Origin: Candidatus Adamsella avium
GTDB taxonomy: Bacteria; Cyanobacteriota; Vampirovibrionia; Gastranaerophilales; CAJFVJ01
Direction: 5' to 3'
DNA length: 64,000 bases
Assembly (NCBI GenBank): GCA_904420445.1
Contig: CAJFVJ010000001.1
Coordinates: 352,744 to 416,743 of the forward strand
A model generated the notes under the pieces. The model saw only the letters and a program-made list of their open reading frames with translations. It did no database searches and was not told where the DNA came from. The translations under genes and the position numbers were made by a program. Below, piece by piece: positions 30,183 through 39,698 of this stretch. Each line of letters begins with the position of its first letter. The stretch's first letter is position 1.

Positions 30183-31457
30183 ATGGAAAAAATAAAAATC
30201 AAATCAAAAGAAAAGAATGCAATTATAGAATCTCTAAAAGCAGGTATTGTTCCACGAATTGGATTACAACATATTCAAGTAGGTAGGGCTGATGAAATTA
30301 AAGAAATGATAAAAGATTATGAATTAATTTCTGATGGCGGAGCAAAAACAAGATTTATAATTGGGGAATATGGCTCAGGCAAAACTTTTTTCCTAACATT
30401 ATCCAAATTAATTGCTCATGAAAAGAATTTAGTGGTAGTTTCTACAGATATTACAACAGAAAAGGTATTATGCTCGTCAGATGGGAAATCACAAAAATTA
30501 TTTTCTGAGCTAATATCAAATATGTCTACCAAAACTAAACCTGATGGTGGTGCATTAAGATCTATTATTGAGAGATGGGCATCAAAAATATTAAAAAGTA
30601 ATGAAAATATTACGGAAGAAAATATTTATAAAGAATTGAAGCCATTAGAAAAATATGTCGCATGTTATGATTTTTCAAAAGTTTTAACAACCTATATTAA
30701 TGCATACCAAAATGGTGATGATATAAAAATGTCACAAGTCTTAAGATGGCTAAGAGCAGAATATACAACAAAAACTGATGCTCGTAACGATTTAGGCGTA
30801 AGAACAATAATCGATGATAATAATTTCTATGAATATTTAAAATTGTTTGCAGGTTTTGTAAGATTAGCAGGATATTCTGGTTTAATAGTTAATATTGATG
30901 AATTGGCAATTTTAGCAAGGCTGAAATCAAACATTAGAAATAAAAATTTTGAAAGAATTTTAAATATAATTAATGATTCGTTACAAGGGACAACAGAATA
31001 TCTAGGGTTTATATTTAGTGGAACACCAGAATTTTTGGAAGATAAATACAAGGGTATGTATAGTTATGGTGCTTTAGAAACTCGACTTGCCGATAATCCT
31101 TTTGCAAAAGGAGGTATGAAAGATTTAACTGGACCCGTGATAAGATTAGACAACTTATCACAAGAAGAATTGTATATGTTATTTTTAAATATAAGAAATG
31201 TTTTTGCAGAATATGATGAAACTAAGTATTTGGTTTCTGAAAACGATATTAAAACATTTATGCAATGGCTTATGAACAGGTTGGGTGCTAAATCTTTTCT
31301 TTCACCGAGAGAATCTATTAAAGCATTTATAGGTTTACTAAGCCAATTACAGAATTATCCTGATACAAATATCTCAAATTACTTATCAGGAGTAAAAATT
31401 CAGGAGTATAAAGAACCAATTGATGAAGAATTGGTATCACTAAAATTAGGAGATTAA
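30183..31457 (+). CDS. sngB: DUF2791 P-loop ATPase, Shango SngB-like
   Basis: SLKAGIVPRIGL.HIQVGR, GEYGSGKT, AGYSGLIVNIDE, YGALETRL. Confidence 0.85.
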   Translation: MEKIKIKSKEKNAIIESLKAGIVPRIGLQHIQVGRADEIKEMIKDYELISDGGAKTRFIIGEYGSGKTFFLTLSKLIAHEKNLVVVSTDITTEKVLCSSDGKSQKLFSELISNMSTKTKPDGGALRSIIERWASKILKSNENITEENIYKELKPLEKYVACYDFSKVLTTYINAYQNGDDIKMSQVLRWLRAEYTTKTDARNDLGVRTIIDDNNFYEYLKLFAGFVRLAGYSGLIVNIDELAILARLKSNIRNKNFERILNIINDSLQGTTEYLGFIFSGTPEFLEDKYKGMYSYGALETRLADNPFAKGGMKDLTGPVIRLDNLSQEELYMLFLNIRNVFAEYDETKYLVSENDIKTFMQWLMNRLGAKSFLSPRESIKAFIGLLSQLQNYPDTNISNYLSGVKIQEYKEPIDEELVSLKLGD

Positions 31458-33592
31458 TGGAACCTTTTTATTTATTAAATAAAAAAATACAAAAAGTTAT
31501 TCATGAAATGAAATGGGAAAATTTTAGACCAATTCAAGATGAAGCTATTTTACATATGGTTAATAATCCTAGCGATATGATAATATCTGCTCATACTGCA
31601 AGCGGGAAAACAGAAGCTGCATTTCTCCCAATTATTTCACAAATAGCAGATAAAGGAAAGGATTCTGTAAAAATATTATATATATCACCATTAAAAGCAC
31701 TTATAAATGACCAGTTTTCAAGAATAGAAGCTCTTTGTAAACATATAGACTTCCCAATTACTAAATGGCATGGGGATGCAAACCAATCAAAAAAAGTCTC
31801 ACTGATTAAAAATCCTGCAGGTATATTACTCATAACACCAGAATCAATTGAATCTTTATTTATAAATAAGACAGAATTTTTAGGATCATTGTTTAATAGT
31901 TTAGAATATATTGTAATTGACGAAATACATAGCTTTATTGGTAATGAAAGAGGATCGCAATTAAAGAGTTTAATTAACCGTTTAGAACACACTGTAGAAA
32001 TACAACCTTATAAAATTGCATTATCTGCAACAATAAGTAACCTTTCTGATATCGCAGAATGGTTAAATCCCAGTAACCCTAGCACTGTAAAAATAATTGA
32101 AGATAACGATAAATCTAAAGATATTGTTGGTTTAATAAAATGTTATAAAAACATTCCTCCTATTGTAGGCGTTGATAAAGATGAATTTTCCGAATTAAAA
32201 CAGGATCTATTTAATGTCATAAAACAAGGTAAAAATCTAATTTTTGCAAATGCAAAAATGACATTGGAAGAATATTGTGATTCCATGCAAAATATTGCTT
32301 ATGAAAACAGTTACCCTAATAATTTTTATATCCATCACGGCTCTTTGGCTAAAAATATCAGAGAGCAATGCGAAAACTTACTAAAAAAAGAATCAAATAT
32401 TTCAGTATTTTGTACTAATACATTGGAATTGGGTATTGATATTGGAAATATAGATAGAGTGATATTTTTAGCTCCGCCATTTTCTGTTGCTTCTATGGTG
32501 CAACGACTTGGTCGTTGTGGTAGAAAAGAAAATGCAAGAAAAGAGTTTAGATTTTATATTGAAGAAAATGATATCGATGATAATGCTACTTGGCAAGATA
32601 TGTTCAGGGTTCAATTGGTTCAAAGTATTGCTATTGTTGAATTAATGTTAAAAGAAAGCATTGAACCCCTTGAAACTAATACCTTTGACTATTCAACTTT
32701 TATTCACCAAATTTTATCATATTTGGGACAAACTGGCGGTGCCGATGCTTCTAAAATATATTATAACATCGCAGATATCTCTTTTAATAATTATTTTTCT
32801 AAAGAGGATTTTATAGCTATATTGCAAAAGCTTAATTCAGATGAAATTATTTATCAAATGCCTAATGGAATAATTACATTAAGCAAACTGGGAGAGAAAA
32901 TTGTTGAGAATTATGAATTCTATGCCGCGTTTATAACTCCAAAAGATTGGAAAGTTGTTTGTAATGGTAAGGAAATAGGTCAAATATCTGGAGGAAATTT
33001 ATTATTCTTAAAAGAGGGAAGTCATTTTCTTTTAGCTGGTAAGCGATGGGAAATAGTTGAGTTCAAAAATAAAATTCAAACGATAATTGTAAAAAAAGCA
33101 TATGGGAAAAAACCTATTAAATTCCAAGGGGGATCTCAAAATATACACAGGACAATTCATCAAAAAATGTTAGAAATTTATGAAAATTGTTATATCCCGA
33201 AGTATTTATCTCAAGCATCAATTCCAATCTTAGAAGAAGGATTTGAAAATTATAAAACATATGTAAAAACTAATGATAGTAATATCCTTACAGTTTTGGA
33301 AGGGACTCGAATCCAAAATACAATAGGTTTGCTTTTTAAATATTGTGGTATAGATATTGAAGATGGAGGAATTGGTTATTATTCAACCTGTAGAAAGCAA
33401 GAACTAATTAAAATTTTAAAATCAATTAATTTTTCAAATCTTGATAAAAATTCCATAATTGATTTAGTTGATAAATCTTTAAAATATAAAAAGAAATTTG
33501 ATTATTTGCTACCAGATAATATTCTGAATAAAGCATATGAAAAACAATGCCTAGATTTTAATGGAGCTAAGGAATTTATAAATAAATTGTAG
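31457..33592 (+). CDS. sngC: Lhr-like DEAD/H helicase, Shango SngC-like
   Basis: TASGKTEAAFLP, DEIH, LSAT, HHGSL, TLELGIDIG, QRLGRCGR; TAATG coupling to the ATPase gene. Confidence 0.85.
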   Translation: MEPFYLLNKKIQKVIHEMKWENFRPIQDEAILHMVNNPSDMIISAHTASGKTEAAFLPIISQIADKGKDSVKILYISPLKALINDQFSRIEALCKHIDFPITKWHGDANQSKKVSLIKNPAGILLITPESIESLFINKTEFLGSLFNSLEYIVIDEIHSFIGNERGSQLKSLINRLEHTVEIQPYKIALSATISNLSDIAEWLNPSNPSTVKIIEDNDKSKDIVGLIKCYKNIPPIVGVDKDEFSELKQDLFNVIKQGKNLIFANAKMTLEEYCDSMQNIAYENSYPNNFYIHHGSLAKNIREQCENLLKKESNISVFCTNTLELGIDIGNIDRVIFLAPPFSVASMVQRLGRCGRKENARKEFRFYIEENDIDDNATWQDMFRVQLVQSIAIVELMLKESIEPLETNTFDYSTFIHQILSYLGQTGGADASKIYYNIADISFNNYFSKEDFIAILQKLNSDEIIYQMPNGIITLSKLGEKIVENYEFYAAFITPKDWKVVCNGKEIGQISGGNLLFLKEGSHFLLAGKRWEIVEFKNKIQTIIVKKAYGKKPIKFQGGSQNIHRTIHQKMLEIYENCYIPKYLSQASIPILEEGFENYKTYVKTNDSNILTVLEGTRIQNTIGLLFKYCGIDIEDGGIGYYSTCRKQELIKILKSINFSNLDKNSIIDLVDKSLKYKKKFDYLLPDNILNKAYEKQCLDFNGAKEFINKL

Positions 33593-33602
33593 GAATGTAA
33601 AT

Positions 33603-34292
33603 ATGAAAAAACAAATTGATAATTTTTTAAACAATAAAATTTGTGAAATGTTTTTAGTAATAATCATTATTATTAATATTATATGTCTTGGTTTTGAAAC
33701 TGATAAAACAATATATTTACATTACAAAACTTTATTTAATCAAATAGAATTAATTTCTGTAATTATATTTACTATTGAATATATTCTACGTTTAATATCT
33801 ATGGAAAAATTAAAAGATGCCCTAAAACCTTTGATGATAATAGATTTATTTGCGATTTTACCATTTTATTTACCTTTGAAGGGGTTAGATTTAAGAATAT
33901 TAAGAACTTTTAGATTGCTGAGAATTTTTAGAATGTTCAAATTAGCTCGTTATTTTGATGCTCTACAAATGATAGGTAAAGTCATTTATAGAAAAAGATA
34001 TGAATTAATAAGTATATTTGGAGTATTGCTTTTGCTAATGTTTATAAGCTCATTTTTTATGTTTTATGCGGAGGCAGATGCCCAGCCTAATGCTTTTCAC
34101 AATATTCTAGATACTTTTTGGTGGTCATTGGTTACTTTTACAACGGTAGGATATGGCGATGTTTACCCAATAACAGCTATAGGAAAAGTTTTATCAGGTA
34201 TTGTGGTACTAATAGGAATTATGCTTTTTGCACTTCCTACAAGTATTTTAACAGCTGAATTTATGAATGAATTTAATAAAGATAAGAAATAA
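33603..34292 (+). CDS. Six-TM voltage-gated potassium channel
   Basis: S4 RILRTFRLLRIFRMFKLAR, filter TTVGYGD; no cytoplasmic regulatory domain. Confidence 0.92.
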   Translation: MKKQIDNFLNNKICEMFLVIIIIINIICLGFETDKTIYLHYKTLFNQIELISVIIFTIEYILRLISMEKLKDALKPLMIIDLFAILPFYLPLKGLDLRILRTFRLLRIFRMFKLARYFDALQMIGKVIYRKRYELISIFGVLLLLMFISSFFMFYAEADAQPNAFHNILDTFWWSLVTFTTVGYGDVYPITAIGKVLSGIVVLIGIMLFALPTSILTAEFMNEFNKDKK

Positions 34293-34434
34293 TAGTTTTA
34301 TATATTAACAAGTATTATATTTTTTTGTTTTAATATAAATTATTCTATTAATTGTTTTGTGACATATTTTAACATATATACTTCTATTATATTTTTGTTT
34401 AAGTGATGAATACGACACCTAAAAAGGAGGTCGT

Positions 34435-34668
34435 ATGAGTAAAAATAAGAAATATAGGATTAAACAAAAAGATTTTAGAGAGTTAGAAAAACTAGCTGAG
34501 CGAATTTATAACACAGCCACTGTAATCGATTATTTTTGCAGGACTCAACAAGATATAGAAGAGCTGTATAATCTTACTCCAATCGTCGAAAATTTAAGGC
34601 AAGATAGTGATACTGTAAACGCTTATTTTATAAATTACCCGAAAGGTAATATTCAAATAAGATTTTAA
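34435..34668 (+). CDS. Small hypothetical protein
   Basis: AAGGAGG RBS, 77 aa ORF. Confidence 0.65.
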   Translation: MSKNKKYRIKQKDFRELEKLAERIYNTATVIDYFCRTQQDIEELYNLTPIVENLRQDSDTVNAYFINYPKGNIQIRF

Positions 34669-34893
34669 TACCGTTCAAAAAGTGTTCAAAAAGCTCTGTA
34701 TTGAATTTTATACTAATAAGATATAGGAAATTATACTTTACTTAAAAACTTTGCTTAAAAAGCCTGTTATCCGTTTTTATATAATTGCTCATTACAAAAA
34801 TACTTTTTATGTCTAAATGATACGTTTTGAGTGTCTTTGCTTGATATTTAACTTATTGAGAGTGATATATGTTATTGCTGATAAGAGGTAGCA

Positions 34894-35109
34894 ATGATTG
34901 AATTAGGCAAAAAATACAAACTTAAAAAGATTAGAGGTTTTGAGAACTCTGATAATGAGTATTACAAAGTAATTGGATTCTATAATTTCGATACTGTCAT
35001 TTGCGAAAACGCTTGCGGAGAAAGATTTATATTTATGAAAGAGTTTTTAATAGACCCACAAAAGCCCGAGGATATCTATTCAAATTTAATACTTGAAAGG
35101 AAAGAATGA
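34894..35109 (+). CDS. Small hypothetical protein
   Basis: GAGGT RBS; ATGA overlap with the next ORF. Confidence 0.65.
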   Translation: MIELGKKYKLKKIRGFENSDNEYYKVIGFYNFDTVICENACGERFIFMKEFLIDPQKPEDIYSNLILERKE

Positions 35110-35309
35110 TGACAGAAAAAGACTATGCACTTTATGGAACAAAGGTTTTGAATTTAAAAACACAAGAAATCGGATTACTAATTTGTATATGGAAAAACAA
35201 GTTTGCCGATGGTGAAGTTGATTTTGCAACTTGTGTTGATAAACAAGGCAAAAGATACAATATAGAACTTGATAACATACGAGGGTTTGAAGATGATTTT
35301 GAAAAATAA
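35106..35309 (+). CDS. Small hypothetical protein
   Basis: Translationally coupled 67 aa ORF. Confidence 0.6.
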   Translation: MMTEKDYALYGTKVLNLKTQEIGLLICIWKNKFADGEVDFATCVDKQGKRYNIELDNIRGFEDDFEK

Positions 35310-35526
35310 GCTGACAAGAGAAACATTAGAGATAACTTATCCTGAATTTAGAAAAAAGTTTGCAAAAGAAATTAGGACTGCTTTTGAAAGTTATCGCAGA
35401 ACACAATTAAATAGGTATTCTTACAATTTTAAAGATGATAACTCAATGGAATATAATTTTTATTTCCAATTACAATGGAATTTCAATCACTTTGGAAATT
35501 CTAATTGGTATATTGAAAAGTTATAG
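35293..35526 (+). CDS. Small hypothetical protein
   Basis: Overlaps the previous stop region; GAGG upstream of ATG 35293. Confidence 0.55.
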   Translation: MILKNKLTRETLEITYPEFRKKFAKEIRTAFESYRRTQLNRYSYNFKDDNSMEYNFYFQLQWNFNHFGNSNWYIEKL

Positions 35527-35530
35527 ATAA

Positions 35531-35944
35531 TTAATCACTATCCGTCAAATTATCCACAATTTTATCAATAATGTCTTTATCTATATTTGTCCTTTTTTCT
35601 ATTGTTCGAATAAAACTTTCAATATTCATCGGTTCTTTTTCTTTTCTTACAACACTTTCAAGTAAGTTTGTAAATTTATATATTCTTGAAGGCTCTATGT
35701 TGTGATTATTCTGTAGATCAACATTAAAACTTTGAAGCATATATTTGGCTTGTATAAATGTATCCTCTTTGGAAAGACTAAAATGTTCAATAAATTCTTT
35801 TCTTTTACCAGACCAATCTCCGTCTTTTTTCCAACGTTTTATAGTTCTTTCGTGTACACCTATTCTTCTTGCAATTTCAGCAACTGTAATAAATTTTTCA
35901 ACATACATATTTTCTGCAATTGCATAATACTTATCTTTTTTCAC
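35531..35944 (-). CDS. HTH protein resembling Mu gp27/DUF1804 small-terminase-like proteins
   Basis: AENMYV...TVAEIARRIGVHERTIKRWKKDGDWSGKR; GAGGA RBS, GTG start. Confidence 0.6.
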   Translation of the reverse strand: MKKDKYYAIAENMYVEKFITVAEIARRIGVHERTIKRWKKDGDWSGKRKEFIEHFSLSKEDTFIQAKYMLQSFNVDLQNNHNIEPSRIYKFTNLLESVVRKEKEPMNIESFIRTIEKRTNIDKDIIDKIVDNLTDSD

Positions 35945-35953
35945 TTTTTCCTC

Positions 35954-37903
35954 TTAGTTAATATACTTTTTATTTCGTTCTGCTAATATTTTATCGGTTT
36001 CATAAAGGTATAAGGTTTCTTTTGGTTTAGGTTCTTCTTGCAAAAATATTGATAAATCAAATTTTCCAAAATCATCTTGCTCTTTCTTTTTCCTAACTGC
36101 TTTATCCATATTTGTATTTGCAATCTTTGAAACTTTAACATCTGTATCGAACTCTTTTTTTGCACTGTTATAAGCAGCTTTGTAATTTTCATATTGTTCT
36201 TCAGGAGATATTGTAAGAGTTTGTTTAATATAAGCCTTGGCAACTTTGCTATTGCGTTTTTTAATAGACATAGCCTCTTTAAATTCTTCTTTAGATACTT
36301 TATCTGCATGTAATGCAGCAACAGCTTTTACAGCATTCACTGTTCCTATAAATTCATCATTATCGCATCTGAATGCCCAAGCTTCTTTGTAATCTTCTAT
36401 ATCTCTGCGTAAATATACTCTCAAGCCCATTTTTGAAATCATCCAATCAGCCCAATAAGTTATCCCAAGAGTTGTATCTTTTATTCCGTTTCTTCTGATT
36501 GTAAAATCTTTTGAAGTTCTCATACAAAATAGTTTTAGAGCATCTTTTGTAGTTGTAATTTTTTCTTTAAATTCAGAATAGAAAAGTTCATCAGGACATA
36601 ACCCGTTTAAAGTTTTCCCTTGAGATGGTCTTTTATTTAAAATATCTAAAATATATTTATCAAAAAGAAGTTTGAAATCTTCAAATTTCATAATTTCCCC
36701 GGATTTAATTTCTTTTGCGAGCTTTTGAGGTCTTTCGACAACATTACCACCTCTATAACCTATAAAATGTTTTGAAAGGATTTCCTTTATCTTCAAAAAA
36801 TCCCTTTCAACAGGTTTAGTCTGAGCATTATAAGGCAGAGCAAAATGAACTTCTATATTCAACTCTGCCAACATAGACTGAGTTTTTGTTTTATTGGTTG
36901 AAATTTTTATACTTCTACGACCACCTGCAAAATCCTTTGAACGGTAATCTTTACCATTATCAATGATAACATCTTTAGGCAGTCCATACTTTTCAGCAGC
37001 ATAGTAAAAAGATTGGAAAATATAGTCAGAATTTGGATTTCCTGTTTGTAAAATCCAACCAAGCCATTTACCTGATTTATAATCACGCCACACTGTAACC
37101 CAAGGAAAAACAACTTTATTATCTGAATCAAAACAGGCAACATCAATTTGAGCGTGATCTGATACCCAGACCTCATTACATAAAATATTTGAATAATCTC
37201 TTTCTATATACCCGCCATATTTTCTATTCCAAGCAGTTTCTCCCATTCGTGCAAGATAAATACTTTGTTTTGGAATTTCTTTATCTAATCGGCGTTTGAA
37301 AGTCATATAACTTGGAAATGTTTCTCTTTTAGCATCAAACATTCTGATGGCATAACCAAGAGTTAAATCCCAACAAGTTCTTATAGATGGTGCTCCTTCA
37401 ACTAAATACAAATTTTTAAAGTACTCAAAGAAATTATCAGGAACAGTGGAGCCTGATAAATGTTTGCCGTGTTGCGATAACAAACCGCTCAATCCATACC
37501 GAAAGAATCTTCTTCGCATTTTTATAACAGACGAATAAGATGTGTTTAACCACTTTTCATGTTCAAAATTCCATTTATCTATAAAATCTTTTAAAGCCTC
37601 TCCCCTTAATCCTTTTGATGCATTTATTATTGGTAAATATTTTTCAGCCTGGGCTTTTGCCCAATCGGGAGCTTCTGAATATTTAGTATTTATAACATCT
37701 TCTTTAAGATACTTATCTTGTGCAAAATCAGGCAAAGATTTTAAAAGAAGAAAGTAATGAGTTCTTTTTCCCCGTCTGATAATTTTAAAAGTATAGTAAC
37801 CTCTCCTACATTGCTTTTTAAGAGTTTGGATGCTAAGTCCTAAAATTTCAGCAGATTTTTCTATATCTAACCATATATTTGTTTTGTCTTTATTTTCTTT
37901 CAT
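35954..37903 (-). CDS. MuA-like DDE transposase (copy 2)
   Basis: N-terminus resembles the MuA I-alpha domain (WLDIEKSAEILGL...SLPDFAQ); WVSDH / IIDNGKDY / TKPVERDF triad. Confidence 0.9.
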   Translation of the reverse strand: MKENKDKTNIWLDIEKSAEILGLSIQTLKKQCRRGYYTFKIIRRGKRTHYFLLLKSLPDFAQDKYLKEDVINTKYSEAPDWAKAQAEKYLPIINASKGLRGEALKDFIDKWNFEHEKWLNTSYSSVIKMRRRFFRYGLSGLLSQHGKHLSGSTVPDNFFEYFKNLYLVEGAPSIRTCWDLTLGYAIRMFDAKRETFPSYMTFKRRLDKEIPKQSIYLARMGETAWNRKYGGYIERDYSNILCNEVWVSDHAQIDVACFDSDNKVVFPWVTVWRDYKSGKWLGWILQTGNPNSDYIFQSFYYAAEKYGLPKDVIIDNGKDYRSKDFAGGRRSIKISTNKTKTQSMLAELNIEVHFALPYNAQTKPVERDFLKIKEILSKHFIGYRGGNVVERPQKLAKEIKSGEIMKFEDFKLLFDKYILDILNKRPSQGKTLNGLCPDELFYSEFKEKITTTKDALKLFCMRTSKDFTIRRNGIKDTTLGITYWADWMISKMGLRVYLRRDIEDYKEAWAFRCDNDEFIGTVNAVKAVAALHADKVSKEEFKEAMSIKKRNSKVAKAYIKQTLTISPEEQYENYKAAYNSAKKEFDTDVKVSKIANTNMDKAVRKKKEQDDFGKFDLSIFLQEEPKPKETLYLYETDKILAERNKKYIN

Positions 37904-38204
37904 AAATATCCTTATTTTAGCGTTATTAAAATCTCTTTTAAAGCCCACTTAACATTCCGACATAAAATTTGTGACAATTTTAAAAGCTAAAATGCAGTAA
38001 TAATAAGATTTCTTAAAAATGCTATTTTTATAAAATTTCCCTCAAATACTTTATCTATCTGCTTTATAAAAAAGACAAATATTTGTCCTGTTTTTTACGA
38101 AGAAATATGAAGTGGTCTTGACGAAATTTGTATTTGTATATAATAGCTACCAAATTTTATTATATTTACTTCTACAGAATAATAAATAGGTAACATTTTG
38201 TGGT

Positions 38205-38220
38205 CGGGGAAATTTCCCCG
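38205..38220. promoter_or_regulatory. Perfect 16-bp palindrome between the transposase units
   Basis: CGGGGAAATTTCCCCG; half-site TCGGGGAAA repeated at about 38327. Confidence 0.5.
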
Positions 38221-38354
38221 CAAGTAAACTTCAAAATCCGCTCTATACTTAAAAAAATATTTTCAAGAAATAAGTATAAACACTCCAAAATACACGTTGC
38301 CAAAGGAATACAACCCAAAAATAAAATCGGGGAAAAGTTTATGAAGTTCTATTA

Positions 38355-39020
38355 CTAAAATCCAGCTAATAGTTTTAAATCATAATACAAATCCTTAAAC
38401 TCTCTTTTTCTTCGCCATAAGGTTTCTGCTATTTTACAGTTCAAATTAGTAGCCATTTTATTATGTGTTAAATTCCTTGAAAGATAGCAATAAATAGTTG
38501 TAAACTCTGCTTTTTGGTCTGTAGAAAAGGTTTTATCCTCAGATGATTTTAAAAGATTTTCAGATACAAAAATTTGATTGCAGTATAGGTATAAATATAC
38601 TTCTTGATTAAAAAACTTTCTATAACGTGCTTTTTGTGGAGATTTTAGATAGTAAAAATCTAATTTTTGTTTTTGCCTTTGGTAAATCAAAGTTCTGAAT
38701 ATTGTATAAAAGCTTTGAATTTGGTTTTCACCAATATTTGCAATATTAGATGCTTTTATCGAATTTATATTTTCACAAAAACACCTTAATACAATATCAT
38801 TTATTATTGCAGGGTATGTTTTAAATATAGAATATTTTTGAACTGAAACTTTGCTTTTTTGAAACAAATATTCATTTTCTTGCTTTATTAATTTATTTTC
38901 ATCAACAAATTTTGACAATATCGGTAAAAGTTCTGCTTTAGGGATTTCAGATAAAATTTCTAAATTTTCAAGCGTAAATTTGTTGAGCCTTTTGCAAAGT
39001 TTCAATATTTGATCTTCCAT
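38355..39020 (-). CDS. Winged-helix protein with an IS1595-transposase-like C-terminal part (no evident DDE)
   Basis: Overlaps the ATPase 3' end; KRLNKFTLENL wHTH-like; VLRCFC...KASNIA...QIQSFYTIFRTLI; AETLWRR tail. Confidence 0.55.
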   Translation of the reverse strand: MEDQILKLCKRLNKFTLENLEILSEIPKAELLPILSKFVDENKLIKQENEYLFQKSKVSVQKYSIFKTYPAIINDIVLRCFCENINSIKASNIANIGENQIQSFYTIFRTLIYQRQKQKLDFYYLKSPQKARYRKFFNQEVYLYLYCNQIFVSENLLKSSEDKTFSTDQKAEFTTIYCYLSRNLTHNKMATNLNCKIAETLWRRKREFKDLYYDLKLLAGF

Positions 39021-39696
39021 ATAATAATTTCCTTAAAATATTTTCATCAATCTGTTTTAATTGATTTGTAATCGCAAGTTTTTCTATTTTATTTATCAAT
39101 TTAACAATTTGTCTAAATTGGTTAACTCTTGTTGCAAGATATTCTACACCATCAGGTGTAAAAGGGATTTGCGTTAATTCATTCAAGATCTGTTTCACAT
39201 CTTCAAAATCATATCGTTCAAACTTAAATGACTTATAAATCCTGTCTATAATATGAGGATATCTTGAAAGTTTTTTATCAATGTTGCCCATTCCAACAAG
39301 CACTAAAGGACAAGAAGTTGTATCATACAAATCTCTCAGTGTTTCTATTGTATTTCTTTCAAGCAAGTAATCTACTTCGTCAATTATTATAGGTTTTGGA
39401 TTTTCTTGAAGTTTCTTCTCTATTAAATTAAAAGTTTCCTGAATATGCCAAAACGGTTCTTCTTCTAATTCTTCTGCAATTTCAGATAACAGCCACCGAC
39501 TTGTCATACCTTGGTTTGCTCTTACATATATGCAATCATTTTTAAAAGTCCACCACTTTATAGTTTCTGATTTTCCGAGTCCATATTCTCCATAAACAAG
39601 AATAATTTTAGGTATATTATTAGGTAGTTGTTTTACCTCCTCCATTAATGATACAAAGTTTTTGACATTCTTTGTTTTTACAAATACTTTATTCAT
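38968..39696 (-). CDS. MuB/TnsC-like AAA+ ATPase
   Basis: FVKTKNV, Walker A GEYGLGKS, Walker B IIIDEVD, LRDLYD...LVLVGM. Confidence 0.9.
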   Translation of the reverse strand: MNKVFVKTKNVKNFVSLMEEVKQLPNNIPKIILVYGEYGLGKSETIKWWTFKNDCIYVRANQGMTSRWLLSEIAEELEEEPFWHIQETFNLIEKKLQENPKPIIIDEVDYLLERNTIETLRDLYDTTSCPLVLVGMGNIDKKLSRYPHIIDRIYKSFKFERYDFEDVKQILNELTQIPFTPDGVEYLATRVNQFRQIVKLINKIEKLAITNQLKQIDENILRKLLYGRSNIETLQKAQQIYA

Positions 39697-39698
39697 CT

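Noticed and set aside
30183-33592. BREX system (BrxD plus helicase)
   Set aside because: No pglX, pglZ or brxC nearby; the TerB-domain partner points to Shango.
34761-34780. AGCC-TGTTATCCG as the left end matching the right flank ACA-AGCC
   Set aside because: Only a 4-bp match, the end motif does not follow in the inward orientation, and chance is likely.
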